From Yuukianura sp. NJ FZ-2021 (Eukaryota), in the NCBI GenBank assembly GCA_046563655.1, contig CM102283.1:6882001-6946000 (forward strand): a stretch of 64,000 bases of DNA. Direction: 5' to 3'. Below the pieces are notes generated by a model that searched no databases, was not told the origin of the DNA, and saw only the letters and a list, made by a program, of their open reading frames with translations. Made by a program: the position numbers and the translations under genes. Positions 24,754 through 37,398 of the stretch are shown here, piece after piece; the stretch's first letter is position 1, and every line of letters begins with the position of its first letter.

Positions 24754-27019
24754 ATCTTTGTACAGACAGAGACTAAATTATTTATTGTTTTGTTTTTACT
24801 AGGCCTAAAACGTTGTTTCGCTTAGAATTAAATTAAAAGTTAGATTCATCGATATTTGTCCATTGACTTGTACATCATAAGTTATGCATTTTCGCGGATG
24901 AGCATAGATTTTTGCAGTTGCGGAATACTAGGCCTACCAGAAAGGCCCATGCTCAATCGCAACTCTTCGTTCAAAAGTCCAAGTACTTTGACCACTCCCT
25001 CCTCACCAGCGACTGTAAGCCCCCACAACGGAGCACGCCCGGCAAAAACCTAAAAAATAGTCACATCTTAGCATAAGTCGAATTTTCAAATGGTTTTTCA
25101 ATAACTGAGAAAGTGTTTTACCATGTTTGCTCCTAGAGCTAATGCTTTCAAGATGTCCGTACCACGATTGACACCTCCATCCAAAAATACTTCACATCGT
25201 CCTGCCACTGCAGTGACTATCGATGGTAAAGCACTTATCTGAAAACCAAAATTTTGTAAAATTTTGAAATTTCCAAAAAAAATTGAATTCTGACTCACCG
25301 TGGACACCACTGTATCTAGTTGCCTTCCGCCGTGATTGGACACCCAAACGGCAGCTACTCCAACGCTGCAAGCCAAATCTGCATCCTCCGGATTCAGTAT
25401 CCCTTTCAGTATCAGCGGTAACGAAGTATTGCTGCAATTTTTCAAAATTTTATCATTTAGTTAATATTATTTCATGTTATTAGTTTTTTTTATAGACAAC
25501 TTTTACCTCTTGAGCCACTTGATGTCTTCCCATGTAGCTGAGTTTTCACAAACGTCAGCCCATGCAGCAATCTTGGTGTATGTCAAATTCTTCATGGTTG
25601 GATCCACATTTGGAATTCTGAAAACATTTAAACGTTTTTTGAATTTTGCTTATTAGAAAAAATTAGATTTTGATTTTAAAGATTTGGAACTTATTTACCC
25701 AATATGTGATGGTAAAGTGAATGGATTCCTGACACATGCGCGTCGTTTTCCAAAATATGAAGCATCGATTGTAACAACCAGTGCTTCCATTCCCGCCTTT
25801 TCGGCGTTCCGGATCAATTCAAGTGTAGCAGCACGATCTTTGAGGATGTAAATTTGGACCCACCGACGACAGTTCGGAGCAACGGCGGCGACTTCTTCGA
25901 AACTGCTAGTGCTTAGCAGACTTTGGCAGTAAATTGTTCCAGCTCGTTCAGCCGCTGAGGTCAACAAGGTCAAAGGTCAAGCAATTGATTGCTTTTGCTT
26001 AGAATTTTTGTGGACTTTACCTTTGGCCATTGCTAACTCTCCTTTTGGATGAACCACTTTCTGGAATGCTGTGGGTGAGATTCCGAACGGTATTGACACT
26101 GGTTTGCCGAGAACTGTCGTCTGTACACAAATGTTGGAGACATCAACGAGGTTGCGTGGCAAAATTTTCCATCTGAAAACAAAATTTGCCAATTTCTAAG
26201 TTTTCAAACTCATTTTCAATTATTTCAATCCAAAAAAAGCTTATTTGAAAAAATTAAAAGAAGAAAGATGTTCTACCGGAGGAATCCATTTGAATTTTCT
26301 TTCAAAGTGACTTCATCATCGCAGCCTCCACGGTAATACTCTCCCGTTTCCGGACCGAGTTTAGCTAACGCTGCTGTCTTGAAATCTTCCACGCAAACGA
26401 GTTCTTCAAGATTCTCACCTGGGATCTTCATGTTTTCTATTTTTTTAGACAAAATATTTTGTAACTGAATACTTTAAGCAGAATACCTACGCTATTTATT
26501 GAGTTGTGTTTAAATTTGAATTTTAAATACACCACATTTCTGATGAATTACTAACTTTCTCAAACGTGAGATTCTCTAACAAGTTTTAAAAAATTCGAAA
26601 TCACGAACGAGCGTTTGTTCCTCTCTCCAAGAAAATTTTCCAGTTCCATTTAGTTCACTGCCATGATTTCATTCAAGCATTTCAGAAACAGGATGACGTA
26701 ACCTCAAGCACATTGCAGTTGCCAGCAGGCAACAGCACTGAAACGTAACCTTATTGCCGAAAATGTTTATGATTTTTCATGAAGGTGGGTCTGGCCGATT
26801 TGCCAATTCTCATTGGTTGACGTCAAAATTCAACTGACGTTGGGCGTTTTCAATTGAAAAGTTCTGAACGATGATGAAATCTGGGACTAATTTTATTTTT
26901 ATTTTGACAACTTGGTTCTATGCTTGGTTAACTTTAATTTCTAAATACAAAAATACATAAGTTATGAAAAGTGTAGGAAATACTTGGAAAAATGATTAGT
27001 TTTTCCTGGATGTTGACGT
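24754..27019. repeat. Copy 2 of the ~2.3 kb segmental duplication
   Basis: Aligns to 18637-20941; ends at the base next to the peritrophin stop codon. Confidence 0.92.
24882..26431 (-). CDS. Hao: FMN-dependent alpha-hydroxyacid oxidase (HAO/glycolate oxidase family)
   Basis: [75 protein letters not shown]; ends LIRENA-stop. Confidence 0.93.
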
Positions 27020-27802
27020 TTACGTTGTAAAGCGAACGCGTTTAGGACACTTGAATGAACTTTTTGGAACACAAATGTCACCATTGAAGACCTGCCCTCC
27101 TTGGCACTCCACATCAGTCTTGACTCCATTTATGCAAAAGTAGTACTTGGTACACCCCGAATCCACATCCGGGTAGAACCCGTTTTCTTTATTGTCACAA
27201 TTGCTCTTGTCCAGAAGTCTCTGATGAGTTTCAGCTTCGGGTTGACTCAAACACTTCTGCTGCGACTCGTCATAAAACTTGCCATCGCTGCACCTAAGTT
27301 CAATCACCTTTGCTTTTTGGTAACAATAAAAGTAACGCTGTGAGTTACTAACTGCATAGTAACCGTCGGGAGACTTAGCACAGGGGTTGGATGAGCCCTT
27401 AGAGCCCTGGGGGCACTTGACAGGGTCCGAAGTGCATTTGACCCCGTCGAATCTCAGTCCGGGGTCACAGAGATACGTGGCTTGAAATCCTGCAGCACAT
27501 GAGTAGTAGCTGGTGCAGTTTGAGGCGTAGTTGGGATAGTAGTTGTCAGATTTTCCAAAGCACGTGTCAATGTCAATACTGGAGGCGGTGGAAGTATTTT
27601 TGATGCTGAAATTTACTTCGCGCGAGGTGTAGCTGACGCTTCTCGATCTGCGCCTTCGTTGACGTCTGTCAAGCAGAAAGTTGTGGGAATTTGGAGAAGA
27701 ATTTTGGTAAATTTGCACGTTCGTTGGGAAGGCGCTGGTTTTGGCGTCAAAAATTATTTGAATTGCTGTGAATGCTGCTAGAAAAACAAACAGAACAAAC
27801 AT
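27020..27802 (-). CDS. Secreted chitin-binding protein with three peritrophin-A (CBM14) domains, intronless
   Basis: Signal peptide; three Cys-rich units such as CTSYYSC...CDPGLRFDG and CTKYYFCING...CQGGQVFNG; polybasic RRQRRRRSR before the domains. Confidence 0.88.
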   Translation of the reverse strand: MFVLFVFLAAFTAIQIIFDAKTSAFPTNVQIYQNSSPNSHNFLLDRRQRRRRSRSVSYTSREVNFSIKNTSTASSIDIDTCFGKSDNYYPNYASNCTSYYSCAAGFQATYLCDPGLRFDGVKCTSDPVKCPQGSKGSSNPCAKSPDGYYAVSNSQRYFYCYQKAKVIELRCSDGKFYDESQQKCLSQPEAETHQRLLDKSNCDNKENGFYPDVDSGCTKYYFCINGVKTDVECQGGQVFNGDICVPKSSFKCPKRVRFTT

Positions 27803-29844
27803 TTTATTTTAATTAAGTTAGAAAAAGTGGACTACAAGTTGTTTGTCTGTTACAAAACTGGACGCTTTTTCGAATTAATTTTTATGACATTCTTTGAAGA
27901 GTTAAAGTGGACTAAAAATTGTTCAAAAGTGTTTGTTTTACAAAACTTGACACTTTTTCGAATTAATTTTTATGAAATTCTTTTAAAAGTTAAGTCCTCC
28001 GACTTTTCTGAAAAAACTTCGTTTCTATTGCTCTAAATTTTGGAGCATCAACACATGTACATTTCGGTTAATTGCAATAATTATGTTAAAGTGATGAAAT
28101 TAGCACAACTTAATGCCAATTCTGGTCAATTGGATTTAATCAACTCAGCACAACCAAAAGTGAAAACGTAAAGTAAAACTACGTAAAGTGAAAAAAAAAT
28201 TGGTACAACCGGGATTTAGAAAAGTAAAGCTTTTCGTAAATCCTTCTGTTTTTTTGCCAAATTTTGTAAATCCTAGTTTTACAATTTTCACACAAATGGG
28301 AAACTAAATAAAAAAGTAGGGAAAATCGCACTAACCTAACTTTGCCTAACTTTGGGAAAATCGCAGGATTTGCAAAAAAAAAATGAAAATATGAGAAAAT
28401 ACTTGTTTTTGGAGTTGCAGAATTTACACCTACTACTTACTATGAGCAAAATATAAAAAACTAAAAGCTAATCTTTGCAGCATCCCACACTATTTTTCTT
28501 TGAAAGCGGATATAGGAGTGACCTTAACCTTGCCTTTCACACCTTTTTTATTGGTTGAATGTAGCGTGAGGTCAGGAGCAAACAGGATTCCGGACATACA
28601 ACCTGCTCCTTTTACCTGTCAAATTACTGGTTACTAAATCATTCGGCATCACGCTTCCACTTTAAGCTACAATTTCAATGCAACTACAACTTAATAGGAC
28701 ATTGATCGAATCCTACGATACAAACTGATTGAAAAAATGACCTAAAAAGGTATTGACAACAAAAATGGAATCAATCTGGAAAAAAAAATTTACATTACAT
28801 TGCAAAGTCAAATTCAGTTTGACTTTTTTTTTCAGACATTAATCATCTCGCTCATGTACCTTTCGGTCGTGACTTTTGTAACCGTGGGTACATTGCTCTG
28901 CAACATCCGGGTTATTGGAGTACCTAAATATTTTTCTAATTCTTTTTTCAAAAATTTCGAGAAAAAAAAGTGCAAATGAATTACAAGCGTTAATCCGAAA
29001 TTTTAAAAATATGTCATTTCTCACAACCGTTTGAGGAAATCCGAGTTATAAACTCTTTTCTTACACATCATGAAATAGTTCAATCGGTCCATTTCTACCA
29101 AAATGCTGCGATTAAGCTTGAAATTGCTTACCAATAATCCAAGTTTCAGAATTTTTGAACAACCACTTTGGAAGTAAACTTTTTGTTTTTGGCATTTCAA
29201 AATGCTTCGAGGTTGTTGTTGTTTGTAGAAGATTAAATCCTGGTCAACTGCTTCCGTCAACTTACAACGCATTTGTGACCATCATGCGTCGAAAACATTT
29301 AGAAACTGTACAATTTTTTTTATATTCTCAAATTTTTTGCACTCTACAATTTTTTACCAAGATATTTTTTAGTAAAGAGCAAACTGCGAAATCTTATTAC
29401 TAAATATCACCTTAAATATTAAGGGTTGAAGGCTCCCATAAACCTTTGTGAACTCTGCAAAGAACAAAATGAAACAAAATAGAGAGTGAGGCGTTGATTT
29501 CACATATAAATCAGGATGGTCATGTTCAATTCCCTTAACTATTACCTCAGAAGTATTATCTTGGGAATCTTACTACTGACGACCAAGCAGAGCAAGGTGT
29601 AACCTCTAAATTAATTGTTAAGGGTGAGAAAATCAACCCCCTGCAACGCTCCCATAACAGTTTCATTCATGACGGCTAAATTAACGTTAACCACGAGTGG
29701 AATTTTTACAACTTAATTAATTTGCACAGAAGTTAATCAATTTGGACATTAAAATATACAATGTCGATTAAGATTTCTTGGAGAACACCCAAGGCAGGAA
29801 CAGAAATCGGTTGCGTCGAATTTTGTCCACCGGATTCGATTGCT

Positions 29845-31611
29845 TCATGCTTCTAAGCCAGGATTCGTAAAGAACGGATAGGCAGTATCCCAATACGAGC
29901 AGGAAAACACCAAAGAAGCTGCAAAATTAGTTAATTGATGGATTACTTCTACTGAAAAGTCATACATTGTCAATAGATGTCCGTTTGAATCGTACCTGAA
30001 AGGTGAAGGAATGTAACCATGGTAAAGCAGAACCACTTTGCCCAATTCCCAGAGACTAGAAAGTAGAAAGACGCCGAGCCGGGTTTTGGACAGGCGCAGA
30101 ACGCTTGTGGAATTTCGGGAACTGCGTACTCTCGTTTGGGCATCGTCATTTTCATCATGGTTTTCGTCCAGGTAAGATTTTCGATTCAGTTTGGATTCAA
30201 TAATTTGGAAAATCATGCCAAAGAATGTGAAGGTGATCACGGATGAAATTGCTCCAGGAATGTGGTTGATGATGGCAGGGTCAAGGTCATCTCCAAAAGG
30301 ACTAAACCCCGTGAGCAATGCAAGTACACTGGACATGACGGTTCCACCTACAGCAAAAGTCACTGCTGTAACACTGTCATCTACTTTGCGACGACGCAGG
30401 CGGACTAGCAGCAAACACGCTGGAATGGTAAACATCATGTTCCCCACTGACGCTGAGAATCCGAACTATGAAAAAACAGAACTTAAAATATAAAAAAAAA
30501 CGTCTTTTTTCAAAAATTAATTAAATTTTGAAAATCTTGAAACTTACAAGGAATTGATCTTGGTCTGTTTGAAGCTGCATAAACAGAACAGAAACACCAA
30601 TCAGCGCCATGCCCAAGTACACCATGATTGATGTGACGCACAGCTCTAGCGAAAAAGATCGCTCGTGACAAATATTTTTGATGAAACTGGCAATGACCAG
30701 CGGCGTAAAGGTCAAGGCGAGGGCAATCGTCATGTCCAAATGTGTGACGGACAGTATTTGCAAAATTAGTGCCGCTGGAGAAAGCACTAACAAAATCTAA
30801 AAAAAAACAAAAATCAAATTTTTCCTTTTTTTTTTTTTTTTAAATTTTCAAAATGCAGTACCAACAACTCCACCCATCCAGTCCGTATTGCTTGGAAAAC
30901 ATTCAATTTGAGCCAAATTGTGTTGCAAATGAGGAAAACCAATGATGGCCAAAAGATTGCTTGAAAAATACACAGTCCCTTGAGCCCTATGCCATACGAC
31001 GCCATGTTAAACTTGAGATACTGAACTGCCACGGTGAAAAACAGTGGCGGGAGAACCGTTAGCAGAAAAATGATAAAGTGTCTTGCTCTTCTGACAATTG
31101 CCGTTGTACTTGGAGCCACAGAAGGAGTGACGGTGACCTTGACCTTTGGAACTGTCAAGGCAGAAGTCTTGTCCTGACGCACTAACTTTGGTTTCACTCT
31201 GCACGGTTTCCGCGGTGGCATTTCTAAAGTTCCAGGCAAACTGGCTTCTGGATCTAACTTGATTACTTTCATACTGTTGTCATCTCCATCTTGAATGATG
31301 TAGCGTTTAGTAGGTGGAGGTGGTGGCGGTCTTTTTTGAATTTTTGTAACTTGTGGAACTTGCGGTACAATCAAATTATTTTGTTGGCGATTCTGACTCG
31401 TTCTTGGGGCTGGAACGGGAGAACGCCGCGGGAGTCTGGGTGACGCTGGAGCTGAAATGACGTCTGGTGCTTGTACTGTGCTAACCGGAGTAGTATTGGC
31501 GGGAGTTATGATTGCCCAAGTTGGCCGAATGAGTGAAATTGGCCGTTCACGTGGTTCCATCCAAGCTTCCCCCACCGGGGGCAGGCCTAGCTTGACCTCG
31601 TCGTAACTCAT
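29845..31611 (-). CDS. Multipass membrane protein with Pro-rich N-terminus, family uncertain (possibly DMT/EamA-like), ~539 aa
   Basis: Exons 31611-30862, 30796-30548, 30465-29845 splice in frame; many hydrophobic segments follow a PPPPPP-containing disordered region. Confidence 0.7.
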
Positions 31612-32938
31612 TTCACCTTGACCCGAAGTTTGACCTCTTCTCCAGTTTATTGCTTACAGCACATAAGCTGTGTATAATTTCCGACTTGAAATTCAACTGC
31701 TTCTGTTTTTTTTTCTGAAGTGGTTTGTCTAATATTTTGAAGATTTGGGTGACGTTGGTTATTTTTATTTACGTCCAGCTCAAGTGCTATCTCTCCTAAT
31801 ATTTGCTTTTTCCGGTGATTCACCTCGCAAAAAAAAAACTTAACGCTGCAGAAGTTGGGTCCACAAGAACAAGAAAAATTGCAAACCGATTAGATAAATT
31901 TAGCAGCCTACTAAAATCCAAACTTTATACACGCACCGACGCTTACTTGACTTAAGCCGAAACTGGAGTGCATGAGAAACGAACTTTTCTAGCTTTATTT
32001 TGCTTTCTGTTGTGTATGTACTTCGTAATCCTGAGGTTGCGTGAGATCAAATACTTTTTTCTCTTAAAATAGACCAATAATCGAATAAGAACACCAATTA
32101 GTCAGATTGAATTAGCTTTTTGGCCTTCCATCTCCAGATTCAATTTCAATTTCACTTCCATAGCTGTATCGGTAATCGAAGTTTTGGACAAAAGTAGAAA
32201 TAAAAAAAAGTATAGTACATTAGAACAAAATGTAACGGACACAAATCCAGGACAAAATAAAATCTCCACAACTGACTTTCACTTTTGGTAAACTGAGTGA
32301 ACTGACCTGTTGCAAATCCAATTAGTGGCGTTGTTTTATTTTAACCAAGCTAAAAAGTGCAACTAATTAAACTCAATTCACAATTAAGTTTGATTAGTTT
32401 GACCTAAAAACAAAACAAAACTACTTGAGCGGTACGAATAATAGCGACTGTTGAGCTGTTAAGCCTTTCTTTAAGTTAGGACTTAAAATTTATTCCAAGA
32501 ACAAATGACCTCATCTCCTCTTTATTAGTCATTTGTAAACTCTAGGCTAATCGACATTACTATAACTACAAGTGACACTCAAGAAACGCTAAGACAAGAC
32601 ATGCTTAAGTAGACTAATTTTGGCTGTTGAAATGGACATTAGGCTTTTCAATACTACAAACAAACGCACCCTTCCAAGATGATCCATGGGCCAAGAAAAT
32701 TCTAAAATGTAAATTCCAGAAGGTTAAGATATTTAGTCTCCGGGATTTACCACCACTGCTAATGTTTCGTAATTTTATGATTTTCGAGATGAATCATTGC
32801 TACTGGACAGTTCGAAAGCATAAATAAATTTTATGTGTTGAAAACTGACATACATGACTGTGCACGCTACAATATGTACACCTACTTCAATATGTCGCTG
32901 ATAACGCGTCAACATCAATTAACGCATGTGCGTGGTGC

Positions 32939-34474
32939 TTAAACTTGTTTTAAAATATTTTGAACAAGTTCCTGTGTCTGGACTTTGTTTCTAAATGAAG
33001 TGTTCAGTGCCAGTCCAATTTTGAAGTTCTCAGCGTACTTCATGAAAAAGAAGAAGATTCCTGCCAACAAAAAGAAAATTTTTGAAATTATGTTTTTGTA
33101 TAAAAAATTTAAAAAGTTGGGAATACCAGCAAGATATGCATGAATTTTTTTTTGTCACTAACCTTGATCTCCTGGAAGTGGGCCACTGAGAAACGAAATG
33201 TCAGTGACAAGCGTTCCACGGAATGCAATCGGTTCATCAATTTTGATACTAATCAGCATTCCAGTTGAAAGATCCACTTTGTACAAGTACTTGACAAATA
33301 GAGTCGGTAGAGCACCTAGCATCAGCGGAACAAGTTTTTCAAAAAATTTTGAAAATCGTGCCTTTCTCTGCCGTTGAATTTCCGCCTCTAATGTCAAAAG
33401 TCTTCCCGCCATTGTTTGACCCTTGACTGGAACTGGGAGGAAAATAAACGATTGGCGATTGGTTGACTGCCGGGAGTGTTCTGGAGTGGAGTACGGCAGC
33501 ATCAAGTGAATGGATTCAGGAATCTGAAACTGCGACTGCGTGCATATGGATTCAATACAACTTCCAGCTAATGCTGCCATCACTGCTGTGCTAGACACTT
33601 TGAATTGGTCCTGAATTTTCTGGATTCGTTCAAACGGAATGCTCACTTTGATATCCCCGTCGACTTCAGTTGAAATGTAGGCAACATCGCGTTCTTTCGA
33701 AGTGACAACACAGTGTCTGAGGTCATTCGAGTCCTTCAGTGTAACGAACTCTTTAGCCAGTAACCAAATGCTGTCCAAGTATTCCAAAATACCAAATGAC
33801 CTTGACTGGCCATCTTGGTTACTGGGCAGTGTTATGTCATTGAACGGCGGATTCTGAGGTTTAGTCACTCCAACGAGACTCATAAGCATACACTGTGCTC
33901 CGAAGGCATCGGACAGAGAGTGATGAATATTGAAAATCACGGCAGAAGTTGGCAAAGACTGCTCATGTGCTTTGTATCCTTGGAGTAATAACATTGACCA
34001 TGGACTGGATCCTTGTTTCCAAGGACTCCGACTAACTTTATTGGCAAGGTCAAGCAGACTCTGTTGACCAATGACGGGCCGATCATCTTGAGTGAGGTGA
34101 GCGTCAAGGTCAAAGTTCACATCGGCCTTCCAGAAACTGTATCCACACCAGAGTTCAAAATGCTGCTTGAGTCGCGGATACTTCCCAAGCACATTTGACC
34201 TCAAATCTTGTTTTAGGAATGAATATGAAATTGGCGTTTCAAACACAGTGATGATGGTGATGTTGGATTCTGGAGCGGCGTGGATGGAGTCAGCAGTCCA
34301 AACATTACTTCTTCTGGACACCAACTGAATCAACTCTGGACGGTAAAATGTCGCCAAAATTTTGACAATTTGGCGTAATATGTAAAAGGGAGCCACTAAT
34401 ACTAAGAATAGAATGGCAGAAAGTATGGAAACGATCAATCCCAGCATGATCCTTACTAATCGTAAGCCTTCCAT
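32939..34474 (-). CDS. WS/DGAT-like (condensation-fold) O-acyltransferase
   Basis: N-terminal TM helix; YPRLKQ, W..D..FDLD.H, SPW, and an HHxxxD motif (IHHSLSDAFG); one ~1.3 kb exon plus a short last exon (GIFFFFMKYAENFKIGL...KQV-stop). Confidence 0.75.
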
Positions 34475-35135
34475 TGCCACCGTACTTCTTGTCTGTCCTT
34501 CTACATGATCTAAACTAAAGAACAAATTTGTATTTTCTGCAGTGGTTCCCAATAAAATTTAGTTTTGTTATTTACTTGTTAAAATTACGCAGAAAATTAC
34601 AAAGTTTCTGGCATCTTTTCCTTGTTTCTTCGAATTGTACATAGAGAAAAAACTGGATTTTTGACGTAACTGTGTTGACATTGCCCAGGGCATAAAATTG
34701 CCCATGAAACAATAAGGAACCATAATGGTGGAAAATTCTTGATCTAGCCCTAATGACTAAACGGAAAATTGCTTGACCTTGACCTTCCGTTTTAATACCT
34801 CAATTTTAACAAAATTGTGTAATCTAGTTCATTTTGTAGGTGCAAAGCATAGCATAGCGTGTCAAGACTTTCTGATTTTTTCATTTGGCGAATTGTCAAT
34901 TTTGAAGTGTCGCAAATGCGTGGGAAAAAGTTAATATATTTCCGCTTTATGTTTTCAAAATTTCTTCCCAAAAAGAACTTTAATTTTCGTAACTGACGTT
35001 CATTGGGAAGGAAGTGTTAAAACGAACAACATATATTTTCCAATAAAATATTTGAATTGTTTCGATTACTTGGTGAATTTAAACTGAAGTTGTTATTCTA
35101 AGGCTTGCGATTGAAAGTTTAAATCAAAATTTACA

Positions 35136-37274
35136 ATGCTGCCAGTAACTATATTTTTGGTGTTCGTTTTAGGGACTTCCATTTTTATTTCATACTGGTA
35201 CAATAAAATCAGCGCAAGCGCTGGTGGACACAAAATGCTTCCCGGTAAGTCAACTTCAGTAAAAATCAAAATAGCGACAAACATTCTTTACACAAAAGAT
35301 CAACTGTTTTGAAAATAATTTTATAGGTCTCACTAATTTTCCACTTTTTGGGTGTGCCATTCAAATTGCATACTTGAATCGAAAATACAAAAATTTCCAA
35401 TTGTTTGAAAAACTGTGTCAACAGTATGGTCCTGTCATTGGTCTTCAAATTGGATTTCAGTACACAGGTAAACTAAAACAAAAACTTTGAAATTTCGAGT
35501 TGATAAAATTAAATTAAAAAATCTTACAAACGACAGTTGTGGTGGAAGATTTTGAAACTGCAAAACAAATCCTGAGTTCAGAGGATTGGCAAGCCCGTAA
35601 CCCCGACTACTCTCCATATCGTGCCATAACTTTTGACAAACAAGTCGGCATCATGTTCGCTTATGGCGAAGGATGGCGGGAAAACAGAAAATTTGTTCTA
35701 AAAACATTGAAAACTTTGGGATTGAACCTTCGTGACAAACTAGATTTAGATTTGATGGATGAAATGCAATACTTTTTTCAACATTTTGACAAGCAACGAG
35801 AATTGGCAAATGATGATGTTGACATGCACGGTGCATTTAAACTGGCTGCCCTTAATGTTCTATGGCGGACTCTCTGTGCAACAAGATTGGATAATGACGA
35901 CGAGTTTGCGCATTTCATGATTAAGCGAGTGGAGACCACTGTACGAAACGTTGGAATTGGATGTAACCTGGACTTCGCTTTTCCATTTTTGACCAAAATT
36001 CCTGGATTGACGTTCCAACAGTATCAAGTCGAGGGAATCACAATGCTACACGACTATTTCAAGGTTAGTCATGCGCAGTGACAAAATTTTGTCTTTCGTG
36101 CATACTCTACGTGGAACAAGCATATTTGAGTTTCATAATTTCGAAAACTCCATCGTATTTTTCAGGAAATTGTCGATGAGCGACGAAAAATTGGCAGTTA
36201 TGCAAACAATCCACAGGATTTCGTGGAATACTACTTGCAAAAAATTGACGAAACTGCGAAAGATGGCGTCCAAGATGCAGTTTTCAATGGTATACTTAAG
36301 AAAAATTGTTTGGAAGCTATGTTTTTTTTTTCCAAAAAATCAAAATGTCAATGCTAATTCTTGCGCATGTGCAGATGAGCAACTTATCCAAAGTTGTTGC
36401 GACATGTTCCTTGCTGGATCTGACTCAACAGGGAGTTCTTTGGAATTTGCAATTCTGTACATGGCCAAGTTTCCGGAAGTGCAAAGAAAAGCTCAAGCGG
36501 AAATTGACCGTGTAATTCCCAAAGGTCAACTCCCACGATACAGTGACGCTGACTGGTAAAAACTTATTAAAAATACTCACCTTCCGTTGTAAATTGTTCT
36601 AATTAACTTTGACATTTTCGAAATACGCGACTCTAAAGGATGCCATACATGCAAGCAGTTATACTGGAAAGCATGAGACATGCAACAGTTACACCAATAA
36701 TTCCCAGGACTTCAATTACTGAAACAAAACTTAACGATTGTCACATACCTAAGGTTTGAAAAAAAATTAAGCAACTCCTTGAAAATTTTTGAATTCCATG
36801 AAAAAAAAATTAATTTTGAAAAATCGTTGTAGAACACAATGGCTCTCATCAATTTTTACAAAATTAATCATGACAAAACCGTCTTCGGGGATCCAGAAGC
36901 TTTCCGTCCTGAACGATTTCTAGACTCAAATGGAAACTTGCTCAAAGATTGCACTACACAATTTCTACACTTTGGATTAGGTAAAATATATATTAAAATA
37001 TATTATAAGAAATAATATATTATAAATATTCGTCGATTAACCTCATCCGGACTATTATTTTCAATTTGAAGGAAGACGAATATGCGTGGGAATGCCACTG
37101 GCAAAGGCAACTCTATTTACAATTGTAGCATCGTTTCTTCAGCGATACACTTTGGAACCATCGCTGCTGCATCCAAAGTTATCAGTTGACGTGGATTCGT
37201 TCTCGACTGGAGTTAGCAATCAACCGGCACCGTGGCACAGCTTAGTAAAGCTAAGGAAACCTGCTACGAATTGA
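35136..37274 (+). CDS. Cytochrome P450, CYP2 clan (CYP15/303/305-like)
   Basis: N-terminal anchor; WRENR, AGSDST, ESMR, PERF and heme motif FGLGRRICVG across spliced exons. Confidence 0.93.
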
Positions 37275-37398
37275 CTTTGAACAATCCAAGACAAAAACAT
37301 TGCGGAATGTTCTGTAGAGGTTCCATGTTCAATATTTTGAAAATCAAATACGAAAAATTTTACTTACTAAAAATTAGCTTGTATTGAAAATTGATTTT

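Noticed and set aside
34774-34785. TGACCTTGACCT nuclear-receptor repeat between the acyltransferase and P450
   Set aside because: TGACCT/AGGTCA is frequent throughout this window, so it is not informative alone.
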